DNA of 64,000 nt from Macrostomum lignano (taxonomy: Eukaryota). The stretch spans positions 62,001 to 126,000 of the forward strand of contig NIVC01001304.1 in assembly GCA_002269645.1 (NCBI GenBank). Reading direction: 5' to 3'. A model generated the notes under the pieces. That model was not told the DNA's origin and ran no database searches. It worked only from the letters and a program-made list of their open reading frames with translations. Shown piece after piece: positions 14,743 through 27,879 of the stretch. Made by a program: the position numbers and the translations under genes. The stretch's first letter is position 1. Every line of letters begins with the position of its first letter.

Positions 14743-15571
14743 CCCCCTTCCCACGGAGGGAGTCGGGCTGTCTCGGGCGATGCGGGCGAGCGGTAAATTT
14801 GGGCCGAGCAGCGAGCGGCCCTCAGCCCGCAGGAAGTGACGGCGGCTGGTGCACTTTGGCCGACTCTCCCAGCCCATTGCGACTTTCAGCTGCACTCAGC
14901 CTCCGCCTCATCGCTGGAAAACTCACTCTCATTAGTCTAAGCGGCCCGGCACTTAAAAAATTAATTTTACAAGCGGGACGAAAATAAAATTCAATTTCTA
15001 GATGGCGCGCCATCGGAACGATGAAAATGCTTGACAAACTGTCAATTTTCCAATCCATTTTATTTCGCAAATTGTAGTTTGAATTTTACAGTTTTATAAA
15101 CAGCTCCAACTGGCTGAGACGGCTTCTTTTCTGTCTGTTTCTGTGCCGTCTTCACAGACTGTTGTGAAGGATTCTTGAGAGCGCGCTTGAACTCCGCTAT
15201 GGATTTCCATTGAGCTGCAGCATCCCCCCCCCGCAACCTCGGAGCCTGATTGAGTCTCCCGGGGAGCCCGGCCTGAATATCAATGCCGTCTCAGCCGCCG
15301 CTAATTGGCATCGAGCTCGAGCTCCTCTGCTGCCGCTGACTTTGTTCTTTGTAGAAACCTGCGGCCTCAGCTGCCGGAGCCCCCGGACCTGGCGGCACCC
15401 CAAATTCGGATTTTTTGTTTCAAAAAACCGCTACCATTCCTGCCGCCGTGACGTTTTTCACTTTCTCCTTTCCTTTTGTCTGTCCTTCTCTGTACCTCTG
15501 TCTAATGCATAATTTGCTGCTGAGACCCGCACTCACCTCTAGCATTGACGTGCTCTGTGAAGTCCTCTGGC

Positions 15572-16932
15572 TCCGCCTCTCCCTCCGCCTTCTGCCTCAG
15601 CCTCTCCCTCCACCTTCTGCCTCCGCCTCTCCCTCCGCCTTCTGCCTCAGCCTCTCCCTCCACCTTCTGCCTCCGCCTCTCCCTCCACCTTCTGCCTCAG
15701 CCTCTCCCTCCGCCTTCTGCCTCCGCCTCTCCCTCCGCCTTCTGCCTCCGCCTCTCCCTCCACCTTCTGCCTCCGCCTCTCCCTCCGCCTTCTGCCTCCG
15801 CCTCTCCCTCCACCTTCTGCCTCCGCCTCTCCCTCCACCTTCTGCCTCAGCCTCTCCCTCCACCTTCTGCCTCCGCCTCTCCCTCCACCTTCTGCCTCCG
15901 CCACTCCCTCCGCCTTCTGCCTCAGCCTCTCCCTCCACCTTCTGCCTCCACCTCTCCCTCCGCCTTCTGCCTCCACCTCTCCCTCCGCCTTCTGCCTCCA
16001 CCTCTCCCTCCGCCTTCTGCCTCCACCTCTCCCTCCGCCTTCTGCCTCCACCTCTCCCTCCGCCTTCTGCCTCCGCCTCTCCCTCCACCTTCTGCCTCCG
16101 CCTCTCCCTCCACCTTCTGCCTCCGCCTCTCCCTCCGCCTTCTGCCTCAGCCTCTCCCTCCACCTTCTGCCTCCACCTCTCCCTCCGCCTTCTGCCTCCA
16201 CCTCTCCCTCCACCTTCTGCCTCAGCCTCTCCCTCCACCTTCTGCCTCCGCCTCTCCCTCCACCTTCTGCCTCAGCCTCTCCCTCCACCTTCTGCCTCCG
16301 CCTCTCCCTCCGCCTTCTGCCTCAGCCTCTCCCTCCACCTTCTGCCTCCACCTCTCCCTCCACCTTCTGCCTCCACCTCTCCCTCCACCTTCTGCCTCAG
16401 CCTCTCCCTCCACCTTCTGCCTCCGCCTCTCCCTCCACCTTCTGCCTCCGCCTCTCCCTCCACCTTCTGCCTCCACCTCTCCCTCCGCCTTCTGCCTCCG
16501 CCTCTCCCTCAACCTTCTGCCTCCGCCTCTCCCTCCACCTTCTGCCTCCGCCTCTCCCTCCACCTTCTGCCTCAGCCTCTCCCTCCACCTTCTGCCTCCG
16601 CCTCTCCCTCCGCCTTCTGCCTCCGCCTCTCCCTCCGCCTTCTGCCTCAGCCTCTCCCTCCACCTTCTGCCTCAGCCTCTCCCTCCACCTTCTGCCTCAG
16701 CCTCTCCCTCCACCTTCTGCCTCCGCCACTCCCTCCGCCTTCTGCCTCAGCCTCTCCCTCCACCTTCTGCCTCCACCTCTCCCTCCGCCTTCTGCCTCCA
16801 CCTCTCCCTCCGCCTTCTGCCTCCACATCTCCCTCCGCCTTCTGCCTCCACCTCTCCCTCCGCCTTCTGCCTCCGCCTCTCCCTCCACCTTCTGCCTCCG
16901 CCTCTCCCTCCACCTTCTGCCTCCGCCACTCC
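15572..16932. repeat. 25-bp pyrimidine-rich minisatellite (CTTCTGCCTCCGCCTCTCCCTCCAC)
   Basis: About 54 tandem units. Confidence 0.97.
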
Positions 16933-16939
16933 CCACCCC

Positions 16940-17172
16940 TCCTCTCTCCACCTCTCCATTCTCTCTCCACCTCTCCATTCTCTCTCCACCTCTCCATTCT
17001 CTCTCCACCTCTCCATTCTCTCTCCACCTCTCCATTCTCTCTCCGCCTCTCCATTCTCTCTCAACCTCTCCCTTCTCTCTCCACCTCTCCATTCTCTCTC
17101 AACCTCTCCATTCTCTCTCAACCTCTCCATTCTCTCTCAACCTCTCCATTCTCTCTCAACCTCTCCCTTCTC
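16940..17172. repeat. 19-bp pyrimidine-rich minisatellite (CTCTCCACCTCTCCATTCT)
   Basis: Tandem units abutting the 25-bp array. Confidence 0.92.
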
Positions 17173-17605
17173 TCTCGATCTCTCTCCAGCCCTCCCTTTT
17201 CTGCCTCCAGCTCTCCCTCTCTCCCTCTAGCCCTCACCCTCTTAGCAGCTGATTTCCTGAATCCAAGCCACTTTTGATTTTCCAGTCTGTTAACAGTTTT
17301 TCTGTCTCCAATTCAAAATTGCTCACTGTTCCGGAACCTTTCTCACAGATTGAGATTGCTTGTGCTCAAATATGTCAGGGATGCCGCGTCAGCCTCCCTG
17401 TCACATGCTGCCACCCACGTGACAGCGAAGTGAAGTGGCAGTCAGGCACAGACCGGCCCTGTTCAGTGGCAAAAACGAGCGCGGGTGAGGCAGCAATTTG
17501 CCATCAGCACCGGACCGGCTGGGAAGCCGATTCACTGGAGCGAGACGCTGCTGCACTGCGGCTTGAGTTGACAGTGCTGTGTACCTGTCTCAGATATATA
17601 CCTCA

Positions 17606-18100
<495 letters not shown>

Positions 18101-18103
18101 TAG

Positions 18104-19100
<997 letters not shown>

Positions 19101-20260
19101 AGGTATAAAATCACATCACTGTGAGCCCCCTTGAGAAGTAGCTGAGACGAACAGGCGAGCTAGCAGACCCTGAAGAAGAGCATCCAGCTGCATTGAGCTG
19201 CATCGGAGGCCTGCTGAAAAACAGCACAAGCCGTGACTTTTGTGAATTCCTACTAATTGAGCCAGTAATTATTGCACTTAGCTTGACACGGAGCTGGCCT
19301 CGGGAGCGGAACCGAGATTCAGGTCAGCCGACAGCGATGGTTGCTATGAAGATGGAGTGAGCAGACTGTGGGTACATTTCAAAAATGAATTAGCAAGACT
19401 CTCCGAGAAAATTCAGACCAAATACGAACCAGTGAACTCCGATGCGATGACTAGCCAGATCCTCATCTTCTACTGTCAGTAGCTGTAACTGCATGTGCAT
19501 GTTATTTCAACACAGAAAAATAACAGTACAGGACTTGGAATTGGTGCGGCATGTCTCGCATGGCTCCGGCCGATGCAGCTTTGGCAAGCCAGTAGAAGTC
19601 ACAGAAGCAGCTGTTGTGTATTGTGTGCTTACTCTGCATCCGGGTGTTAAAATCCACCATGTCACCACCCCAGACGTCAACCATGGGAGTGACGGTCACA
19701 CGCCAATATTGTCGCCATCAGAGGCTTGAATGGCTGTCCTGTTTGAATCGGGCATTAGATATGCATGTAATTGAAACCAAATGTTGAAAACACAATAGTT
19801 GTGCGCGGAATTTCAATGCGCGCTCGTTGCAGACGGATCGAACGAGCAAATGACATAGTTTGAGCTTGAAAAGGGGCAGCTAGGAGAGACCATAGGTCTT
19901 ATATTCCCTAGATAGGCCGCTTTGTATTGCGGCAATAGGGAAATCGCGACCGCTGTTTTTCGTCACTTGTGCGAAAAAAGCCGATATGAGTTGCTTAAAT
20001 TTTGAGTTCAGTAGCTTAGGGACATAGACGCTATTTTTTGAGAATTAAGTGGCCCATCTGGTGTATACGAGCGTATATGATCTTTGGGAGAGGCGAGTTT
20101 TCTTGGGTGAAATTTCTATACGATCTGACTACTTTATACCACAGACAAGATCGGAAAGTTTGCGACACTGTAAAACTGATTACATACTATAGCAGTTTAG
20201 ACTGCGGGAGTCTAATGAGTCTAGAACGTTGCAAGCTCAGAACTTTCTGCTCGCGCAAAA

Positions 20261-21373
20261 ATGATGAGAACAAAGAAGCAATTATTATCGCTAGCCGGCG
20301 CAGCAGCTGTCTTACTGACTGTAGCATACCTCGTTCGGCCCAGAAACTTGCCTGATTCTGACACACTGCCAGTTTTGAGCGATGTGCAGTTGATCAAAAA
20401 CTGTCCCGCCTACAACGAGCTCCGCAGCGTCGACTTCACGAACCCCAGCCTGCGGCACCGGCTGTGTCAGGAGACGCCGGCCTACCAGTTAGTCAGGGGC
20501 AAATTTCCCCTGTGCGAGCTGAACAGGAACTTACCGCAGCAGATGTACACCATTGTCAGACAAGGGTCTCCTGTGGCCAATGTGACCCGAGCGATGGGTG
20601 GCGGCCGAATGCCGATATTCACCTTCGGCGCGGAAGACTTCATTTCTGGGGAGATGCTGAAGAAGAACGCCTGGGAAACTGGTGAAATTCGGACGATGCT
20701 CAACCTGTTAAAGCAGTTTCCGACAGACTCGGTGACGTTCCTTGACGTCGGCAGCAACGTCGGGATCTACAGCCTGCAGGCCAGAGAGCTCGGGTATCCC
20801 GTGGTGGCCATCGATGCAAACATTCGTGCATTGGCCAGGTTGCAGATGTCAGCAAAGAGGCTGGGTTTGCTTGATGACAAAATGAAACTTTTCTGGGGCT
20901 TCATCAGTGACGACGTGGCGGTCAAGCGGATCAGCTATAACGCCGACGACTTTGGCTGCCACGCTGGAAGCGGCTCAGTCGGATTGGCTGACTGGAAACG
21001 GCAGGTCACGAAGTTAATCGAGGACACGATTCCCGTGACCACTGTCAAAGCGGACGAGCTTCGAGCGCACATCGGCACCAAGAATGTGGTCGTCAAGATG
21101 GACATCGAGTCCGGTGAGCACCTGTTCATGAAGACTGGCGAGAGGCTGTTCAGCGAGCTCAACATCATGGCGCTGCAGATGGAGTTCTGGCGGAAGCTCG
21201 GTCAGCGACCGCAATCTTCTAACTATTACGAGTTTGTGACGCAATTCATGATCTCGAGGAACTTCTCTTTGCTGTCCATGGGTAGCTTCCAAGTGCAGCA
21301 AATTGCCACATTTGGTGAATGGGACGGAATATGGATTAGAAACGACTTTTTGCCACGAGTTAAGAAAGAGTGA
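20261..21373 (+). CDS. FkbM-family SAM-dependent methyltransferase, intronless, N-terminal membrane anchor
   Basis: 370-aa ORF; FLDVGSNVG.YSL (motif I), VVAIDAN, VVVKMDIESGE; hydrophobic LLSLAGAAAVLLTVAYLV near N-terminus. Confidence 0.85.
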   Translation: MMRTKKQLLSLAGAAAVLLTVAYLVRPRNLPDSDTLPVLSDVQLIKNCPAYNELRSVDFTNPSLRHRLCQETPAYQLVRGKFPLCELNRNLPQQMYTIVRQGSPVANVTRAMGGGRMPIFTFGAEDFISGEMLKKNAWETGEIRTMLNLLKQFPTDSVTFLDVGSNVGIYSLQARELGYPVVAIDANIRALARLQMSAKRLGLLDDKMKLFWGFISDDVAVKRISYNADDFGCHAGSGSVGLADWKRQVTKLIEDTIPVTTVKADELRAHIGTKNVVVKMDIESGEHLFMKTGERLFSELNIMALQMEFWRKLGQRPQSSNYYEFVTQFMISRNFSLLSMGSFQVQQIATFGEWDGIWIRNDFLPRVKKE

Positions 21374-21532
21374 TGGGTTTGACAAAGATGACCAATGGTC
21401 CACTTTTACTGGGCTATGAAGTTTTCACTGGGCTATGCATGCATGTAGGTGATATCTTTGAACTCTTGTGAGGTACTTTTTGTAGCATTCATAGTGCTTG
21501 TCTAGCCTGACAGGCCGGGCATGTCGCTAAAT

Positions 21533-24500
21533 TGTTATTTGAATGAGTGCGCCTGCACTTGCTCCCCTCTCTGCCTAACCATCCACCGTATTCTTAATTG
21601 ATCAGCGCCTCGGCCCCCATGTACGCCAACCCCCGTCGTCCATCGCTTATCTTTCTCTTTAAATGTGTACGTTCAACCCCCCACTTTTCTTATCTAAGCA
21701 AATGAATAAATCGGCAAATCAGTTATTTAGGCTCGCGCACGGGGACTCTAGCTCCTCAACCTCTCTCGTTAATTACAAACTTCAATTAAGCGTTTTCAAC
21801 TCTACTTTATTTGCATTAAAATTCACAACATGGCGCCCAATGTGGGGAGCTAGTTCAACGGAGAGCTGTTGTTCGTTCGGGTATTACGAAGGCAAGGCGG
21901 AAGCACTTCTAGATAAGGGTGGAACACCGGTGGCTAAGACGTTAGCAGAGGCAGACTCACTGCTGGAGCTTTTAAAGACCAAGATGAATCAGCTGGAAAA
22001 ATGGATGATGAGTTAGAATTTGGAATTCCGGATGAGAGTTTGGATGAAGAGCAGGATTCTGTTCAAGAATACTCCCTCAAATGTAAGCAGACGATCAAAT
22101 TGTTAGAAAGGTTTTCTTCGAGAGATCAACCTGAAATGCAGACCAGTCCAGCTCCGGGACTGAGGTCAACTGAACCCAGCGTCCGGCTGCTGAAGCGTCA
22201 GATCCCGACATTTCATGGTACAGTCGCGACCTGGTAATCATTCTGGGACCAATTTTCGTCCTCGATTGATTCGAATAGCTCATTGTCTGACATAGATAAA
22301 TTTAATTATCTGCTAGATTGCCTTGGTGATTCGGCTCGTTCTTGCATCCGAGGTTTTTCCGTTACATCGTCAAATTATCGAGCTGCTGTGAGTACTCAAG
22401 GACCGCTATGGCAAACCCGAGAGTATTATTCGTGACCTTATGACTCAACTGTCCGACCTCCAACTCGTAGACACCACACTCATTGGGTTGCAGCACTTTC
22501 GTGATGATGTAGCTGCGCTTACTCAAAGCCTTAGTAACCAGGGTGTCTCTTCCTCGTCGTATGAGGCTCTGCTGCTTCCATCTCTGCTGCGTCGCTGCCG
22601 GACTGAACTTCGACTCGAACTGCACCGTTCAGCCAACCTGGCTGGTAATGAGATTGATTCCATTGAGGCTCTATTAGAGTGCCTGCAGAAAGAGATCGAC
22701 ATCCGAGAAGCAGCTGGTATGACTGCATCGCAGAAGCTTCCCGCTCGAGAATCCGAAAAGGGAGGCAGCACCTCAACGATTCCTAAACTCGCTTCTGCAT
22801 CTACTCTGGTCTCAAACAAGACCACAGCTTCACATTCGAGTCAAAAGCAGACAGATTTTCGGCCAGCGTCCTCCTTCAAGGTGTTCTGCACCTATTGTGG
22901 GTCCGGCCACATTTCTGAGAAGTATTCTACGATTTCTTCCGTGGCTGCCAGGATCAAATTCTTGAAGAACAATGATCGTTGCTTCAGGTGCCTTCGAACT
23001 GGTCACTTATCAAAGGCGTGTAGCGATCGCCGCTGCTGCCGAATCTGCTCTGGCAATCATCACTCCAATATTTGCACAGCTTCTGAACAATCGAACACCA
23101 AGGACGGTCCAACCACAAAATCTAAGAGACCACCTCAGCTTCTCTCACGGAAGGACCGATGTTTGACTGTCTCTTCTCAGCGCCTTTTGCAGGACGCTCA
23201 ACCCGCTCCTCGAAAGGAGCACTCGAACATCGCAACCATGGATGAAACGACTCAGAGTACTACGTGCCTAACTCAAATCGACTCCGATCTGACCACTCAT
23301 CACCATCAGCAGGCAGTTCTCCCAATGTTCATTCAGCGCAATCCGCGTCTGTCGTGCTGCCCGCCGCAAAGGCAATTTTGCTAAGCTCTGGAGGGGATCG
23401 CGAGTTGATGGTACGCGTGTTGCTCGATACTGTAGCAATCGAACCTATATCCGCGAAGATGTTTGCCAGCTTCTCGGCCTCCAGTCGACGAAGTCCGAAA
23501 GGCTTCAAATATCAGCCTTTTCAGGCCTCACCTCAGTGGTCGACTCGGGCAAGGTCACGCTGACTCTTCAGAAAATCGACTCGCCGCAAGTTATCCGACT
23601 CGACGCCAGTATCGTCAAAGATATCTGCCAACCGCAACGTTCGGTCATTGTTACCAACTATGACCATCTCGGTGGCCTAGATCTTGCTGATCCCTTTGAT
23701 CCACGTGACGCTTCAACGCCAATTTCCATTCTCATTGGATCCGATCAATACTATCAAATCGTCACAGGAAATTTAGTCCGTGGTGCCTCCGGTCCAGTAG
23801 CTATGGAAACGAAACTCGGCTTTGTTTTGTGCGGACCACTGACTTTCGACCGCCTAGCCAAAAGTATGATCAAGCAGATGATAACGCTGCTTGCACAGCA
23901 GTTCAAACACGGTGCTGCTCAGTCAGAGAAGAAGCTGCAGATGAACTCACAAGCTTCTGGAAGCTAGAAACTCTAGGAATCACCGATCCCTTCTCAAAAC
24001 CAGAGGAAAACTCGTTCGATTGCGCTCCTCGACTATTCGATTCCAGGTATTCCGTCAAGCTACCTTGGAAGCAACTAGACAATACTCGTTCACTCGACAG
24101 TCACTTCGATCTCGCCTGAGTCGCCTTCGTTCGACGATGCAACGTTTGCACAAGTCTCCGGAGCACCTGAAGAAGTACAGTGACATCATTGAGGAGCAGG
24201 AGCAGACCGGCGTCATTGAGAGAGTTCCATCCGCGGACTTATGCAAACCATTGATATCGATCGGTTCATTATCTGCCAAATTCTTACGTCGTGAAGTCAA
24301 ACAATAAATTCACCAAGCTCCGAGTTGTCTACGATGGATCCGCCAAGCTGCACAAAGACGATCTGTCCAGTAACGATCTTTTGCAAGTAGGACCAGCAGA
24401 ACAGCAGAGTTCCCACAGATTCCAGCTCTACTAATCCATCCAACCAGCCATACTGGTCGATATCGAGAAGGCATTTCTGCAAGTCGGAGTCGACCTGGAA

Positions 24501-24930
24501 GATCGAGACTTTTTGCGCTTCCTGTGGTTCCATTCAAGGGATTCGGAACTAGATCACAACCAGATAATCCACTACCGATTCTGCAGAGACCCGTTCGGAT
24601 TGACCTGCTCACCGGCTCTCTTGAAGATCACCATCCTGCAACATCTCCAGAATCTCCAAGCCGCCTTCGGCGATAGAACTAAAATCCTCTCACGCGATAT
24701 GTACGTCGACAATCTGGCAACCAGCTGTGACACTGTGAAAGAAGCCGCAGTTCTCTACCACGATGCTCAAGAGTTGTTTCGACTGGCCGTTATGAATATT
24801 AGACAATGGCAATCTAACTCTGAAGAGTTCCAATCCATTCTGCCACCGAACAGTATCGGTCATGCTGAGAAAGTACTTGGTCTGACGTGGGACTCCAAGA
24901 GAGACGTGTTTCTGCTCGACTTTCGCCGTT
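21533..24930 (+). mobile_element. Decayed, 3'-truncated Bel/Pao LTR retrotransposon (5' LTR, PBS, gag, protease, RT)
   Basis: LTR TGTT..AACA about 21533-21830; PBS 21831-21848; gag IPTFHG..W..FWD.F, KFNYL, CX2CX4HX4C knuckles; VRVLLD; ILIGSDQY; LRVVYDGS; DIEKAFLQ, DRDFLRFLW, YVDN; many frameshifts and stops; no integrase or 3' LTR seen. Confidence 0.92.
21831..21848 (+). promoter_or_regulatory. Primer-binding site, tRNA-Lys(CUU)-type
   Basis: TGGCGCCCAATGTGGGGA versus canonical Lys1,2 PBS TGGCGCCCAACGTGGGGC; directly follows the LTR end ACA. Confidence 0.85.
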
Positions 24931-26499
24931 GTCTGGGCACTCTTCCACCCTATTTAAAGTTTCTGGATGCTTCATTGTCTGCACCCGCTGCCAAGAGATA
25001 TGGAGAAAAACGTTTCTACCACCATTCACCCTCGAATCACCCTCAATCACGAGTTCGATTCACCCCTCGAATATTGTGTGTGCCTTTGTGTACTTTCTTC
25101 CTTTAAACTTTTTGGCTGCTTATGTGCTTAAAAAGCAAATGAAATGATTGCAAATCCATCAAGCCACGCGATGTAATTCAATCCCAGTGTTTTGATAGCT
25201 CAGCTCAATGCAGCTAAAATTTGTATAAGTTTTGTGAATTTTTTTACTCAAGTAAAGCTGATAGGCAGAATAATTTTTAACGGTTGTGTAATAAAAAACT
25301 ACATGCTTCTATTTTCTATGCCGTGCATAGCAATAGTCGTTCGCCACAATGAGTTATTAGGTAACCTTAATCCCTGTAAGGCATCGTATCCTGCACCAAT
25401 GCGGCGGAGAGGACTTTTGAGAAAAATTAAGGGGTTTTAAGTTCTTCTTTTGCTTTTTGCTACAGCCAAATACTTTTTCAGTTGGCTTTCCAACCCTGGG
25501 AAATGAGGTTTGTTTCACGGCCAATAAATGTTGTCTCGTGTCGTTAAACTAATTTTATTTTCAATTAATAATACAACTTTTGATATCCTTTTTCACTATC
25601 TATGATGCAGTTAAGCACTCGAAAATGTGTTTTGCGGAAAAACGTTTGTTCAAAGAACATATAATCGATCTAATTTTTATCTATCTATGTATATGATCTA
25701 TTTATTTAATTATCTCTTAGCTAGTATAATCGCGTCCTTCGTGTAGCTTTCTTTTTTTGCTTCCAGAAATCAATTAAGCATTGCACGACTACCATCTGCT
25801 TAGCATACAGATAGCATACCTGTAGTAGTGAACATGGGTTTAACTGGCAAAGTTGCCAACTGGGTAGTGAGCAGGCAGTGTAACCGGGTAGAGCAGAACA
25901 CATCGGAAGAGTCATCCTACGTATCAGGCCGTCAGTAAAATTCCGCTGATCACTATATGACTCATCAATGATTTTAAAAAGTTGAAAGAAAAGTGTCATC
26001 AGAGTCTGGCTTGTCACCATCTGCACTCCTTTAAAATTCAAATTTAAGTTATTGTTTCCAGAAATGTAGTGCGCGTACATGAAGTTTCTCTTAAAGCTAG
26101 CGCGAATGCACGTTATACAATGTATTATATGTACGTACGTACAAGCTAGCGTTTATACTTAAGGGAAAATAAAAATATCAGCCCTATAAGCAGTCTTGAT
26201 TTTCCACAGGCCAACAATAATCACCACCTACGTGTACTGACTACCTAACCCAGGAGTTGACTCCTTTGTTTCATGTTCGAACGGCATCGCAGCTGCTTCC
26301 TTTGCATTGTCTGCAAGAGCTACACGTCACAGGTCTTGCACATTGAAACCGCCTGCGACATCGAAATCGAACTGATGAAAGAATTCGGGGCATCCGGGTA
26401 CCTCTTGGCATCATGAAGATCGAGTCCCTTCATGCTCATGGTAACTTTAGTAAACCTGATTCACTATCTCAATTATTCACAGCTGTATTATCTCCAAAA

Positions 26500-27170
26500 C
26501 AGAAAGTGAGCACAAAACTTCGCATTCTGTTTTTGGGTAAGCTATAGAACTCATGCACTCAGCGGACTTTAATTTGCAAGCAAGACCAGCTACTTCAAGT
26601 TGGTCCGATCAATTTCCACAAAGGTTCCGATGATTGGAGCCGATCGCAGTTTTAGCAGACACTGAAAAGGCGTTTTGCAGCACATTCGATTGGCATTAGA
26701 GGAGGTAAACGGCCGGGATTCACTTCGTTTTCTCTGGGCTCAGAGTCGTCGGTCGACGGTCTCAGGTACATTCAGGATGTTCTTCATTATCGCGCTTTCA
26801 TCCTGCACCATCTGGGAATATAAAACGATCGAACTGACTTCACTGATGTAGCTGGCATTTTAAATCATGACAAAGTGTGACAATTTCGTCGACAATAATC
26901 GATATGGGTAACTAGCTGCGACTTCAGTGGAAAAAGCTCGCCTTTATGACCCGTCAAAACAAGTTTTCAGTTTTAGCTGGGATGACCATCCTAAAGACAA
27001 TGGCAGTGGAACTCAGAGTCGTTACAGCTAGTTTGTCACCGTCAGAAATATACAGCTCTCGCCGGCTATGACTTTTAGTCACACTACTTTTTCAGCAGCT
27101 GTGCAGACAGAAAATTGCGGGAGATGAAGAGCTTCCCAACGAAATTGCTGAGTAGTGGTCCCACTTAAGT
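26500..27170 (+). mobile_element. Second, highly decayed Bel/Pao pol remnant
   Basis: Ordered broken motifs STKLRIL, LLQVGP, ADTEKAF, RDSLRFLW, FVDN, WDD, DEELP.EI.E.W. Confidence 0.7.
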
Positions 27171-27879
27171 TGGCTCACATCGAGTTTGGTATACATGAAA
27201 GCCGAGCTGTAAGTTAGTTGTGCAATTATTTAATTACAGGGATTTACGGTAAAGATAGCCAGCCGTGTTGTGTGTATTAATTAAGAAATACATGTACTTT
27301 AGGGCACCATTCAGCTTTTCGAAAGTGGCGTGGCTGGAGTTTTTCTTAATCTGCATCGTGAATTTTCAGGTGCAAGCACTTTGTTAGAATGGTTCGAATA
27401 AGCATGCAGATGATGAACAAGGACCACTAGACCAAGGATCTTCTAGTGGTCCTTGATGATGAAGTGTCACGGCTGACAAATTTAAATTTGTGCAAAAGAT
27501 TTTCTAATTCGAATTTGAGCAAATCATCAAATTAACAAAGTTTCATTTTGAATTATAAACAATAAAGCTTTGAGCAAATAAAGTTTTCAAGTTTATAATT
27601 TAATTTTTCTGTTAAGTTCTTGCATAAACATCATTTAAATAACAGTGGCCTAGAACAGTCGTGGCCGTCAGATGGTGCCACCACCTATGACCTATCGTTA
27701 TGCAGTGCTGCTAGTTACTGTACCATTTGCAACTTGCATTGGCTGATAGGCTTAGGCCACATGTATTTTGCACTCAGCTTGATTGGCTAATTGGCTTGAA
27801 AGTTACAGGCCCGTGCAGCCCTATATGTAGTAGACCTACGTTCGTATATTATGTTGCAAATTAGACTTTTCAAAGCAAC

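Noticed and set aside
15415-17277. 620- and 561-aa Pro/Ser/Leu-rich ORFs and Gly/Arg-rich antisense ORFs
   Set aside because: Products of the 25- and 19-bp pyrimidine arrays
27300-27823. Possible hAT MITE with TAGGGC termini
   Set aside because: Only 6-bp inverted match and no perfect 8-bp TSD
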